From Eledone cirrhosa (lineage: Eukaryota), in NCBI GenBank assembly GCA_964016885.1, contig CAXHJY010001531.1:22285-86284 (forward strand): DNA of 64,000 nt, in the 5' to 3' direction. Positions 40,250 to 52,760 of the stretch are shown in pieces (positions within the stretch are counted from its first letter, which is position 1; each line of letters opens with the position of its first letter). Below the pieces are notes generated by a model that searched no databases, was not told the origin of the DNA, and saw only the letters and a program-made list of their open reading frames with translations. The position numbers were made by a program, and so were the translations under genes.

Positions 40250-40292
<43 letters not shown>

Positions 40293-40871
40293 AAAGTATG
40301 TATGTATGTAAAGAGAGATGTAAAATCGTGACAGCTGCGCCAAGAGGTTTCAGCTTGTGTCTCAGAACCGCAGACTCTATTTATATATATATCCTTATGT
40401 GGTTGATGACTGATAAAAAGGAGTACTCAATACGGAAGTAGAGTTTTAATATTCATTTTATTAAGGCTAAATAGGGCCATGAACCAGTGATAAACAGGTG
40501 AAACTGCAGAGTAACAAGATTCACTATTTATCCTTAATAAAAATGAATGTATATAGAAACAACATTTTTTTAAGAGAGGCAGATGTTTCTGTGTGTGGTT
40601 GAGGAGTGCCAATGGAAGAATTGCTGTTAGGCTCTTGCCAACAGGGCCGGAGTTATTTTGCTAAGTGCTACATCTCACTACTTGCTTGAACAGGTCAAAG
40701 TGATGCTTCTTGTCTGCAGAACCAGAGTCGGAATGACCCAAAGAAAAACTTATTTTACTTCACGCCAAGCTGGCTGGTCTCTCCAGGCAACTGATGTCAA
40801 CCGAGATTAAAAAAAGACCAGCCAGATGTCATTCGAGGTGGTGGGGAGGCAGTATGTGCAAAGAGATTGTG

Positions 40872-40973
<102 letters not shown>

Positions 40974-41215
40974 AAAGAGTCAGGACCTCGGCAGCTGAGC
41001 TCCGGCCGTTTCGACAGCTAAATCCGAACTAAGCCACCAATACTGACTCTTTTTCTTGTTACCCACTCTACTACCCTAGTATTGAGTACTCTGGTGCATT
41101 ATGGTCCACATAGAATCTTACCACCCCTCTTTGTTATGTATAGAGAATTAAGCTTCGAACATAGCTCTATACAAATATGTATTTGAATTTCGTATTTCTG
41201 AAGAAATATGGTATA

Positions 41216-44200
41216 CTAGCAGTTTAGCCCGGCGTTGCTCAGGTTTGTTCATTTGCTATGAAAAGTTACACACAGGTAAACGTGGCTTGAAAGCGAATAA
41301 GCTTATCAATTAAGTGCATAAAGCAGTTGAACCGGTTATTAAAAGTTACGAACCAATTAGCATTTTGGACAATCAATGATGGGTTTATAATCTTCCAATA
41401 GCAAATTTAGCAGACCAAAGTTGCAAGATGGTGGCCCTGATGCCGCTGGGTGTCAGCTCTGTCCGCCATGGGTGACCCTACCAGGAAATAGTTTTCCAGA
41501 CGGCATAGCTCCAATGCCTGCACCAACATCTACAGCACCTCTTTGTAGACGATATTGCGTGTCATCTCTTGAGGAGTGTAAGCAAAAGTCCATTCCTGCT
41601 CCCTACGCGGGAACAGGCAACATAAAGTTGGCCATGGGAGAGGCATGGCTCCCCCAAATGGATGCCCGCCACCGACAATGTTTGCCCTTGTGACTTGTTA
41701 ATGGACATGGCAAAACATGGTCTCACCGGGAATTGGGATCGCCGGAAATCGAATGGGATATCTGATGCCGAGGGGAAAAGGTTCATCCTTGGAATGAAAA
41801 CATTCTCCCGCACCCCGTTACAATGGTGGCCTCAATCAAGTGGGGTGCCAGTGACTTGACGACCATGCGAGTACCGTTTCACTGCTTTGGTGGACGCAAG
41901 TTCCTTATTAGCATAATGGGACAGCCAACCCTAAGCTTAAGAATGTGAGGTGGGAGCCCTGGGGGCTCAAGGGAATTTAATAACTCAACCGGATAATTAA
42001 CGATATCGTAGGGGTCTGACGTCCAGTCGATAGATTTGAAGATGTGCTCTTTACTGGGAATCTTCTCAATCAGCTGCTCGTTAATAAAATTAACCATGGC
42101 ATTTTCGGAGGAAGGATGGCTTTTTCGCTGAGTCAATCGAGGTTTTTAAAGTTAGATGAGACATTAGGAAAAACTGCTTCCCAAAGGTCAGAAGGGCCGC
42201 TCACAATGTTGCACAGGGAGTCGATTGCTATGCCGCCCTTGTCATCTGCAGGGACCTTGCCCTCACCAAGTGCTAAAATGATCTGAGCAAATGCTGCAGA
42301 CATGTTGACACCATGCAAATGAGCACGCATATTTGTGCTCAGGTACAAACTCCTCACCTGGGGCGACAACATGGACGACTTAAGGCAGGCACACACTTCA
42401 TCAGCTCTTGTCCCTTTGGGGATGCAGGCAGCGATTGCTGAAAATCCCATAGGAGCCGTAGAATCCCTAATGTCTTTCCGGTCCTCGTCCAATGCCTCAA
42501 GGGCACCCTTGTGTACCATTGTGCATTCATCCCAAACAATGAGACAACATTTTTTGAGAACCAGAGCTTCGTGTGAGCTCTTGCTGATATTGTATGTTGG
42601 TGTCTCAGTTTTTACTAAATCCAAGGGGAGTTTAAAGGTTGAATGTGCTGTCCTGCCTCCCGGCAGCAAAGTAGCAGCGATCCCGGACGATGCAACGGAC
42701 AACGCAATTTTTTTCTCCTGACAAATCTTAGTGAGAATCAATTTTGTTACAAAAGTTTTTCCGGTACCCCCAGGAGCATCAAGAAAGTAAATACCCCCAG
42801 TCTGATTTTGAACCGCGTCAATGATAGTTAAATAGGCCAACCTTTGGTCCGAAAGAATTTTGGGCTCATTTTCCTCTAAGTATTGGGAAAGAGATTTGAT
42901 GTCATATGCTGTTTCCCGCAACAAATCCGGGACCAACGTGTTAGATTCCTCTCTGACGGCAAGCCATACATCACCAATTCACTCCCACCCATGTCGAGGA
43001 GGGTGTCCTCGATATCAATGAGTGCCCTGTTGTAGATAATGTCGCTGTAACCAACTTCCACTGAAGAATACTGCAGATGAGCCAGGCGCAGGAAGTCCTC
43101 AGACATGAAGTCTCTGTACTTGACCCATAAAGATTTGGGATCACCCAATTCACACTTTTAAAGCAAAATGGCAAAGAGTTCCTGTAGACTTTTAGGTGAT
43201 TTCAACAAAGTTCCCTCTACTAAAGTGGAATCCCATTGCGAATCATCTTCCAAAAGACCACGCTTAAAGCAGGCTTCCCGGTACGTATCACATATTTCTC
43301 CATCAACAGTTTTGAGGTCCTGAAAACTTTGTGGGCCTACAACTTCATGCAGAAGAAGGCGGAGATGAAAGCACTCATGCTGACTTGGGGGCACAGTGTA
43401 AACCCTTCCAAGACAGCTGTCAAATTTTACACCAGGATGTCTTTCAACAGCCTGACCTGACTTTCTTCACACCCAAGTGTTTTTCGCCCATATAAAGAAG
43501 GATCGAACCTGGGGGTACACAATTGTTTGTGCAAATGTATCGAACTGGCAAAGTTTGAAGGAACCCGTCAGAGTGGTCTCTTTCGGATCGGTGGCCAACT
43601 TGGCGGCGGTTTTGTCCGTAAAGTAAACCCTTTGCCCATTTTCCAAATGTACCACAAGCTGTATGATGGCGGGGTGCCGTTGGTGTAGGGGTAAACCAAA
43701 TAGGCGCCAAAAAGCTTCATTGCTACTGATGTACCGCCCCGCCAGGTATTGTGTGACCTCGTCCCTGCTATTTTCAGCTTGAAATGCGAACATTGCGGCA
43801 TCAGAGCCCTTATTTACATATTTGCATATGTATTTTATCGACTTGACCGAGTTGCAAAACTCAACGTTGATGTGGGCGTTGAACATCTTCAAGAGAAGCG
43901 GGCAGTAAGGCACCACCCATCTATTGTCGACTTGACCTCCCTTTATTGTTGTGGTGAAGCCACTGTTTTCGGGCCATCTCTGCCTGTACAGGGGGTACCC
44001 ATCGCCACCAGTCTGAGTCTCGTCAACAAATTTTTTTGGGTGTCCCTTACTGCACGACCCCCCTTTCAGATACGTGTGATGCTCATTAGGACCCGACGCA
44101 CACGGACCATGTTAGCTTTGACGATGTCATGTAATTCCTGGTCAGTTGCTGGGTTAGGGATTTCAGCTGAAATGAAGCTGTTTATGGCATTTTAATTGAT

Positions 44201-44765
44201 TTTATCAACTAACCAAATCAAAATGTGAGCATGTGGAAGCCCTCGTTTTTGCCATTTGACGGTGAACATGTCACATTTTACAGCACCAAATACCTTTTGA
44301 TTAAAGCCATGAGTTTAGCCAGTTTCAGTCTAAACACTCTGGCAATGAGGTCATGTCTGTTCGAATAATTTTGCCCAGGAAAAAGTTCACGGGTTACATT
44401 CCGATCCATATGTCTATAGCATTAATCTGTTATACGAAGTGTTATTTTGTGGGTTGTTATTACCAATAAGCCGATTGAAAATGCCCCAGATAAGTCGTAT
44501 GTCAATACGGAACGCTCCACTGCAGTGTTGTCATATAGGGAGTGAAGAGCAACATAGAGAGTAAAGCAGTTAAATTATAGAGAGGGGGAATGATCATGAT
44601 CGATTTTTGCCCTTATTGTTGATGGATTTGAAATGTTTTTGCTTCATGACCTTTTCCTGACTTAAAGCAATAATTGTCCTGACTTTGAATAGAATCCGTT
44701 GGAAATTGTGGACATGAATCTGTTACAAACCTTAACACACACATCCTCAGATTTATATATATAGA
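41216..44765 (-). mobile_element. Internally deleted Helitron with frameshifted Rep/PIF1-helicase and both termini
   Basis: 5' A|TCTATATATATAAA at 44765; 3' hairpin cctgagcaacgccggg then CTAG|T at 41216; WQKRGLPHAHIL (HUH), [46 protein letters not shown]. Confidence 0.92.
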
Positions 44766-45389
44766 TAAATAAACATTTAGAAAGCCAACACACTGGCAGG
44801 TAACACCACCAGGTGGTGCCTGGCAGATGCAAGGGGGACAATCGTCGATGCATTTCAAACTCAACTGGTTCTCGTCAGGATGATCTCTCCCACTTTTGCA
44901 ACTGCCGGACTTTGAAAACTGGCGAAAATATATAGTTTTTTCATCTGTGTAAATAAATGAGGTGACTGATCTCATTTGCATATGAAGTTATCTATCTATC
45001 TATCTATCTATCCACCATCATCATCATCATTTTATGTCTGCTTTTTCCCTGCTTGCAAGGGTGGAACGGGAACTGATTCTGGCTTGATTTCTACAGCTGG
45101 ATGCCCTTCCTAACACCAACCTCATTTACAGTGAGTGCTGGGTGCTTTTTTGCCGTGGCACCTCCACGACCACTTTGCAGCTGAGTAAACTGGAGCAATG
45201 TGAAATAAAGTGTCTTGCTCAAGGAAACAATACATCACCCGGTCTGAGAATTGAACTCACAACCTTTTGATTGCAAGGCCAATGCTCTAACCACTAAGCC
45301 ATGCTTATAATATATACGTATGTAGTTGACGGACGAGCGAAAAGAGTACTCAAATGAATGTGTGTGTGTGTGTATATATATTCTTTGGG

Positions 45390-46460
45390 AGGGTCATGAT
45401 GCCAATAAAAAACACATGCACCTATTGGATTTCACTTCAATTTATTAATCAATTTCCTAGTCAGTTTAATAACTGGATGGTTGTTTAGTTGTTGATTGTC
45501 ATAAAAAATCTTTCGTCACATATTCTGTGACCTCCTCTGACTCTTTTTGATGTTATTCTGTGTCTTTCCTTTGTTCTTTCTTGCACCATCTTGTTTTTGC
45601 AAGCTGTGTACTTGGGCTGTGCATGCCTTATATGTATTTTCTCTCTTTCCTACTTGTCACTAGTTGGTTATTTCTATCTGTATGTGCCTGATTTATTTTA
45701 TTAGTTTAGTTCTTGTGTGTCTTTGTATGTCTTTATATTGTTTTAAGTTACTAAGAGTGTTGGATTTATGATCATAATGTCATGGGTTCGATTCCTGGGT
45801 TGCATGTTGTGTTCTTGAGCAAAACACTTAATTTCATGTTGCTCCAGTATACTCAGCTGAAAATGAGTACCAGCAATAGCTGGGGGTTTAACCCTGCGAT
45901 GGACTGGTGTCCTGTCCAGGAGTGAGTTTTGTACACTCAGACGCTTCAAGCCATGAAACCAGGATAAGCATCAGCCAAATGAGCCTTCTGGCTTAAGACA
46001 GACTTTAGACTAGGTTGTGAGGTTGTTGCTATTCTACTCATGCTTTCTATATAGTTTTGATCAGAGTTCATTTATGTTTGCCACTTCAGTAATCATTGCA
46101 TCTGTTCTGTGTGTGGATATAATTTTTATCCCAAAGTTCTCTAGTAAGCTTCTATGTTCTATTCTGGCATGTTATTGGAGAACTGATGAGTTTTTTTCAT
46201 CTTGGAGTTCTCGCCAGTGTTCTTTTATCCTTTTCCTATGTCTCACCTATGTAAGTCGTGTTCCTATTCCTACATTGTCTCTCTGTACACCTTATGCTAT
46301 ATACTACATTTCTAGATCTAGTTACTCTGTAGACTATACATCTTCTATTGGTGTGGGGGCGGGGGGTCTCAAATGGGTATGTTCTGCTAATGAGGGATTT
46401 TATGGGAAAACTTGGTTTTTCAACTATCTTAATATTTGATTTTAACTTGTCTAAAACCTA
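45390..46460 (-). mobile_element. Decayed second Penelope-like element (GIY-YIG plus 3' UTR), interrupted by the SINE at 45745-46012
   Basis: Minus strand ~46310-46180 reads NVVYSIRCTERQCRNRNTTYIGET* / RIKEH; hammerhead-like CAGAGGA..gtcaca/tgtgac GAAA at ~45490-45545. Confidence 0.7.
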
Positions 46461-48339
46461 AATCTGTATGCTAGCTCCCCCCCCCCTCCTTTTTTTTGCA
46501 CATTTATGGCATTTATATTTCTTTCCAATACTGCTCTCTTTTTCTCTATGCATATTTGAAATGTTATGTATACAAATGTGAACTTCAGAAAATAAAATTA
46601 CTTTTTTCACAATGGTTTAAATTATGAAATTGTCTTTGAAAGAAAAATCTAACAGCAACCAACAGACAGTTGCAAATCAGACTGAGCATTTTCAGCTGCA
46701 GCTAAATCACAGAATTTAGATCAACTCTGTCAGAACATTCACTAGTCTTTGTTGCCTTCAGTATATATTTCAAAATGTATAAATTATTAATAGTTGGCTT
46801 TTTGTTTTTAATTTAACGTCATGTACTACATGAAACTACATTAACAAGATATTCTTGAAAAGTTTAAAAGAGAATTTTGATTACTCCAAATTTTCACAAA
46901 GATCTCTCTACTAGTAAAGATACTATACATATTTGAATTAACAAGCCTGTTTTTTAATATTCTGTACTAAGAGATAAACTATTTAATTTGTTTTACTTTA
47001 TTTGAATTTTAAAATGTTTCTTTCATTTATACATCTTTTACATTGGCCGATTGTTAATAATTCAAAAACATTTCTATTAAAATAAACTCATGTTTTATAA
47101 TAGATTTGGTTATTAAAGTAAAGGATAAATTTTCAACTATTTTTACTTATTAAACTAGTCACTTTAGAATATCAAAAGAAAAAAAACATTTTTTTCAGGA
47201 AATACTGGTGTCAATATTGGTGTTACAAATTCATTAGTATCAAATAATAGGATTAAAAATTTTGGAATTTTATCATTGCTAATGTATATACATACCAGAA
47301 TCAGCCATAACTGTAGCATTGTGCATTGCTTTGATTAGAAAATGTCACCATGAAGTGAATATTGTTGATATTGAAAAGGAAGTTGAGTGGGGCAGAGGGT
47401 AAGAAAATAAATGCAAATTGCAGAAACTAAAAACTGCAGTGAGGTTATGATATTTCTTGAACAACCTAGTCTTTCATCAACACTAATGCATCAGAAATGA
47501 ATGTAGACAAGCCTGCCAGTTAATCAGAAGGAGAATTAAGTGTTTTCTGAGAACTAAAAGTGTCTTGTAAAGAATATCATATTTAATTCCATTAGTGCAG
47601 AATTAATTTATTCAGCTGATGACATGTACTGTTTACCAGAAACTACTATATATCATAAGACCAAATATTTCATTCTACTCCAGATTAAGCTCATCAAAAA
47701 CAAATGGCAGATATAGTTCATTATGTTGATATTGATTTTAAGGAAAACAGAATTTTCATAAAAACAGCCTTTTCAATAGCTGGAAATTTATTGAACAAAA
47801 TTTATACAAAGATGAAAATATTAAAAAAAGGATAAAAACAAAATTAAGAAAGGGAAAAGAGGGGGAAAGGGGAAAGGGTAAAGAAGAGCAGATCTGGCTG
47901 TATAGGAAAGTAAAGGAATAAAACGAAAAGATGTTGAAAACATGGTGAAAGTAATTTTAAACAACTTGAAAAGATGAAATGACATAGGAATGTTGTCAAT
48001 CTCATTACTATGATAAAGCCACAGTTATTGCTGGTTTAACCCTTTAGCATTTACATTACTCTATATATACTATTTTACTTTCATAGTTAAGGCTTTACCT
48101 CACATAATTATCTCACATAATATCAAAGCTATGAGATTTTGATATTATTTATTTTGAGCTTAACATTGGCTGATTTGAACAGAAAGAGGCGAGAGAATTC
48201 TAGTCAGATATAGCTGGTTTAAATGCTAAAGGTTTAGAAAGTGGTGTTCAACTGAAGATTAATGCAAAGTTACTTTTATAAAAGAATCAAGTATATATAG
48301 AAATAGAGAAAATGACATCTGAATGAGTATCCTCCACTT

Positions 48340-48700
48340 CCAATTAACCTCTGGGTCCAGGCCAACAGGATGGAGAATATATTGCCCTGGAGAACAGTGA
48401 GGGAGATGTACTGGAACAGCGACTCCACTTGTGGGGCTCGCACCAGCGGGTGGGCAACCCTGCTCCGATAGCAGTGAGTAGGAATGTGGTCTGGGGGCCG
48501 AGAACGCTGGAAGTTTCCACTGCTACAGGTTCTACCACAAACCTATCAGAGAGCAGTTGATATTTGGACAGTTTGCTCTCTTTGGCCTGGTGGGCAGCAG
48601 AGCCTAGGCCGGTAGCCAAATGCACCAGGTTGCCACTAGAGTTGGTGTCACAGTATGAGGGCCCTCCGCAACAGAACAGGTAGATTATCATGCCATCCCA
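48340..48700 (-). mobile_element. CRE-like non-LTR retrotransposon 3' remnant
   Basis: ORF 48344-48691: AAHQAKESKLSKYQLLSDRFVVEPVAVETSSVLGP, a restriction-like endonuclease C-terminal signature. Confidence 0.65.
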
Positions 48701-49942
48701 TCAAATTGTTTGAAGTGCAATCTACAAGCCATGATTGTATTGGTGAGAACTTTACTTGGAGCAACTGAGTCACTTTAGTCATTCCTTCCCTGCACTCAAC
48801 ACTCTATTGATAAAAGCTGAATGTTGCCATATGAATTGTTGTTAAGTTTTAATATGATACTTGATAGAGTTTCAGAACAAAGATGGAAAAGTTAGTTCAT
48901 GTATAGTATGATATCATAGGAAATCTTTTGAAAATGATGCTTAATGATCAAACTCAAACTTCTGAAAATATTTTAAATCTTGTATAGAAAGATGTCAGAT
49001 AGAATGCTTTATGGTATTTGTTCCAGTTCTCTGCTCTCTGAGTTCAAATGCGGCCAAGGCCAACTTTGTCTTTCATCCTTTCAAGACTGATAAAAAAAGT
49101 ACCAGTCTAGTACTGGGGTCGAATCTTCCTCTATATTTCTTTCTCACTCTCTATCCTTCTCTGGAAGAAATCTGTTGTACTCAGGCCTGGAGAATAGACG
49201 GGCTCCACCAGAATTAAAATGACCAAGAAACACTGTATGTCAATACAACACCCCAAGGATCCCATCAGGAGTTATGCAGTGGGGGTGGTAAATAAATAGA
49301 AGAATGAAGCATGAAGTGGATGTACTATTGTGAGGAGAAATAAATGACAAGACTTCTAGGATGATAAATTTTAAAAGATATGTAGACAAAATTAAAAAAA
49401 CAATCAGGTGTATAAAACTAATAAAGTTAGTTGGTAAATGCTAGAATAATGGTGCAAACAATCTTAATATAGGCATTCACAATGTCAGCAAAGTAATCAA
49501 ATAAAGCATCCAAGCAAGCAAGTATGTGACTGACACAAAAAATTAAATAGGTCAGCAATTAATGTCTAGAAAGACACACACATATATATCTGTGTGAGAG
49601 AGAGCGAGAGAGAGCAAGAGAAGGGAAGAGCATTTGGCTGTAGAAAGCCTGCATAGAGAAAAACGGATGCAAAAACAATGATGATTATGTTGATTATGAT
49701 TTATTTCACCATCATTTTAGACACATTTCCATACTGGCATGGGATGGATGAGAATTTATTTGAGGCAATATTCTACAGCCAAATACCCTTCCTGATGCCA
49801 ACCTTTACTTATCAAATAATGTCCTGATAATCACACAGCTGATCTATGGGACCTTTCTTTATGAGTTATATAAACAAAAGTCACCGTCTGCACAAGAAGT
49901 GTTAAATGCAGAGTGAAACCAAAACCACACCCCTCTCTCTCT

Positions 49943-49992
<50 letters not shown>

Positions 49993-50369
49993 TGAATGGC
50001 TTCTGTTCAGTTTCTGTTTACCAAATTTACTCACATGGCATTAATCAGCCTAATAACAGAGTAGAAAACACTTAGCCAAGGTGCCGCATAGTGAAGTAGT
50101 ACCTGAAACAATATGTGTGTGTGTGAGAGAGAGAGAGACAGGCAGCTCTATAGTGCTTTAGTGTTTTCTTAATAAGTGGTTCCCTGGGTGCTTTAGAGTG
50201 AATGCTAACTTCATGCCCAAAGTATTATGGTGAGAACTAACTTCATGAGGTACTTATAATAAATTAACTTTATTGTTTCACTTACTCTAACACTAAACTA
50301 TTTTTATTTACTCAGGAGTAGTTAGTAGTAAGAACCCTAATGTCATAAACTTTCTCCAATCCTGGGAAA

Positions 50370-51220
50370 GCTCTAGAGAAGAAGTTGATAGCTTCTGTTA
50401 GCTAGGTGACCAACTTAACAGTGGAGGAGATTGCTCTCAAAATATAGTAGCTAGAATAAGAATAGGCAAAAAAAAGTTCAGGGCATTACTACCCTCGTTG
50501 ACAGCAAAACTTTTATCTTTATGAACAAAAGGGCAGTCATATGATGCATGAGTGTTAAGTGCAATGTTGCACGGAAGTGAAACAAGCAGTAAATACAGAA
50601 GTTATATGAAGGCTAGAAATAAATAAAGTGAGCATGCTTTGATGAATAAGTGATGTTAATGTACACGAATGGCTAAGCTGTAAGAAAAATTGTGTATAAC
50701 AGAAATCAAATGTAGTTTGCAAGAGAGAAGTTAGTGCTGGTATAGATGATTGTTGGATGAAGAAGTTTCAGGAGGTCCCAGTGGAAGGAAGCTGCAGTAG
50801 GAGGAAGGCCAAGAAAATCTGGTCAGAAGGAGATGATGGTGAGAAGCTGCGCTGGAAAAGACCCATTCAACCTACACCAGCACAAAAAAAAAAACAGAGA
50901 TAAAAAAGATGATGAAGATGGTGATAATTCAATACAATATACCATTTAAGTGGAATCTGAGGTGGCGTGCAGGAGAAAAGACATGTGAGGCATACGGATG
51001 ATGATCGATGGGTGAAGAAGTGCCAGGATATGCCAGTGAAAGGAAGCCGCAGTAGCAGTAGACCAAGAAAAATCTGGATAGAGGTGGTGAAAGCTGATCT
51101 CAAATCACTGAGACTCACAGAAATGAAACACGGTCAGTGGAGAGATGCCGTGATAAGAAGGACCCACCCAACCCATGTTACGTGGAAAAATGAACGGAAA
51201 AATGATGTTGATGATACCAT
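50370..51220 (+). mobile_element. Decayed RTE 3' fragments (two tandem ends)
   Basis: gatagcttctgttagctaggtgac, cacggaagtgaaac, RPRKIWIEVVKADLK, cccatg..cgtggaaaaa..gatgat tails. Confidence 0.7.
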
Positions 51221-52133
51221 GTATAATTTACCTGTAACTCTAAGACAAAAATAATTATTTAGATGTCGGTTGATTAACTTTCAACATTTTGTAACGATTT
51301 AGCAGAAAATATCTAAAAACTCATTTGTTAATTCAAATGTTTATTGTATTTGTACTACTGGATGGTTCAATATGAACATTTGCAGTTAACTACAAACTTT
51401 AATTTTTACTGTGACGCAATTATACGGCCGATTTGTGCTTTTCTAGAATATCTTGCTAACGTGGTTTCATGTGGTACAGGACATTAAGAATTAAAGTTAT
51501 GTGCAAGTTATGTAAACATTATGAGTTAGTACATTCAGCTGGAACTATATCAAAACAAACAATGAATTTTTAACCATAAATATACATGATGAATTTCAAC
51601 TGTATAACTATTGTTATACTGCAAATAGCAAATGTGTTCAGACGCTTTCAACAATGAGTGTCCCTGTGGTTCGATCAACATAACAGTCTGTTCATGAAAT
51701 TAACATATAAATAGCCAAGCATTCCACAGACACATGTACCCTTAATGTAAATCTGGGCCATTGAATTATGTAATGTTTACGTGAAATTAAAATTTTAAAG
51801 AAAGTTTCCCACCCGGCCTTCTGATGTTTTTAATCAATATTTAACCCAGTCCCTGCAACAGCCATGGGATACTACATCTATGATGGATAATCTGCACAAC
51901 GTCAAGTGCTTTAGTTTTTTTTGCATCATAGTTACCCATTGGTAACTAACATAACATAAATGGTATATATATATGTAGAATAACAATAAATTGTTAAAGG
52001 CAATCCGATAAGAGTTTGCGAAAACAACGTCTCATGGACAGTTTAAGCACACGGTAATGTGTGACTCAACAAGATGTTTACTATGGTGACAATTGTGCTT
52101 GTATTCCTATGTAAATATATCTTGGAGTAATAA

Positions 52134-52344
52134 AAAAGTTAAGAATAACATGGTTGGCAAAACAAACAAGGAAATTTATTTATAGTCTTACAATTGTTTC
52201 CATGGTAGAATTGTCTATAAATGTATTGTAAGTTGATTTTTACTTCTCCAGTATTTAGCAATTTAGAGACAAATCTACCATGGAAACAATTGTAAGACTA
52301 TAAATAAATTTCCTTGTTTGTTTTGCCAACCATGTTATTCTTAA

Positions 52345-52349
<5 letters not shown>
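52134..52349. mobile_element. Inverted-repeat Penelope-type insertion carrying only the 3' half of a hammerhead
   Basis: Arms 52134-52222 and 52261-52349; GAAA-caattg-TA at 52283-52294; abuts (TA)n. Confidence 0.6.
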
Positions 52350-52389
<40 letters not shown>

Positions 52390-52435
52390 TAAAATATGTT
52401 TTGAAACAGTGAGCAGGTTTGAAATTAGAAAATAG

Positions 52436-52760
52436 AATAGCTTTCACCATATTTTTTGACTAAAGAAATTTTAGTCTGATAATGGGGTTTAGAACCCTCA
52501 GATAAATGGAAAAAGATGAGTATTGACGTACATGGAAGTCGAACCCACATCTTTGGTTATCCAGACCACTGTGCTACCATTTACACCAACACATCAGGGT
52601 GATGTATTGGTGTAAATGGTAGCACAGTGGTCTGGATAACCAAAGATGTGGGTTCGACTTCCATGTACGTCAATACTCATCTTTTTCCATTTATCTGAGG
52701 GTTCTAAACCCCATTATCAGACTAAAATTTCTTTAGTCAAAAAATACGGTGAAAGCTATT
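52436..52760. mobile_element. Near-perfect palindrome of two head-to-head tRNA-headed units
   Basis: 161-bp arms (52436-52596, 52600-52760), 2 mismatches by eye, ggg spacer, (TA)n on both sides. Confidence 0.85.
52601..52672 (+). pseudogene. tRNA-like sequence (tRNA-Gln-like layout, non-canonical anticodon loop); antisense twin ~52524-52595
   Basis: Acceptor gatgtat/gtacgtc, A box tggtgtaaatgg, tggt/acca arm with loop ctggata, T arm gtggg-ttcgact-tccat; T5 at 52682. Confidence 0.7.

Larger units (their letters stand above)
37753..40257 (+). mobile_element. 5'-truncated Penelope-like element with inverted terminal copy (37753-37965 = rc of 40071-40257)
   Basis: RT+GIY-YIG ORF, 3' UTR with ~140-bp tandem duplication (39879/40019), inverted 3'-end copy at the 5' junction, (TA)n on both flanks. 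Confidence 0.9.

Noticed and set aside
47616-47650. CTGATGA...GAAA
   Set aside because: Intervening bases cannot form stem II and there is no stem I partner.
52601-52672. Functional tRNA-Ser(GGA) gene
   Set aside because: No long variable arm, pyrimidine at position 37, mismatched top of the anticodon stem; treated as tRNA-derived.
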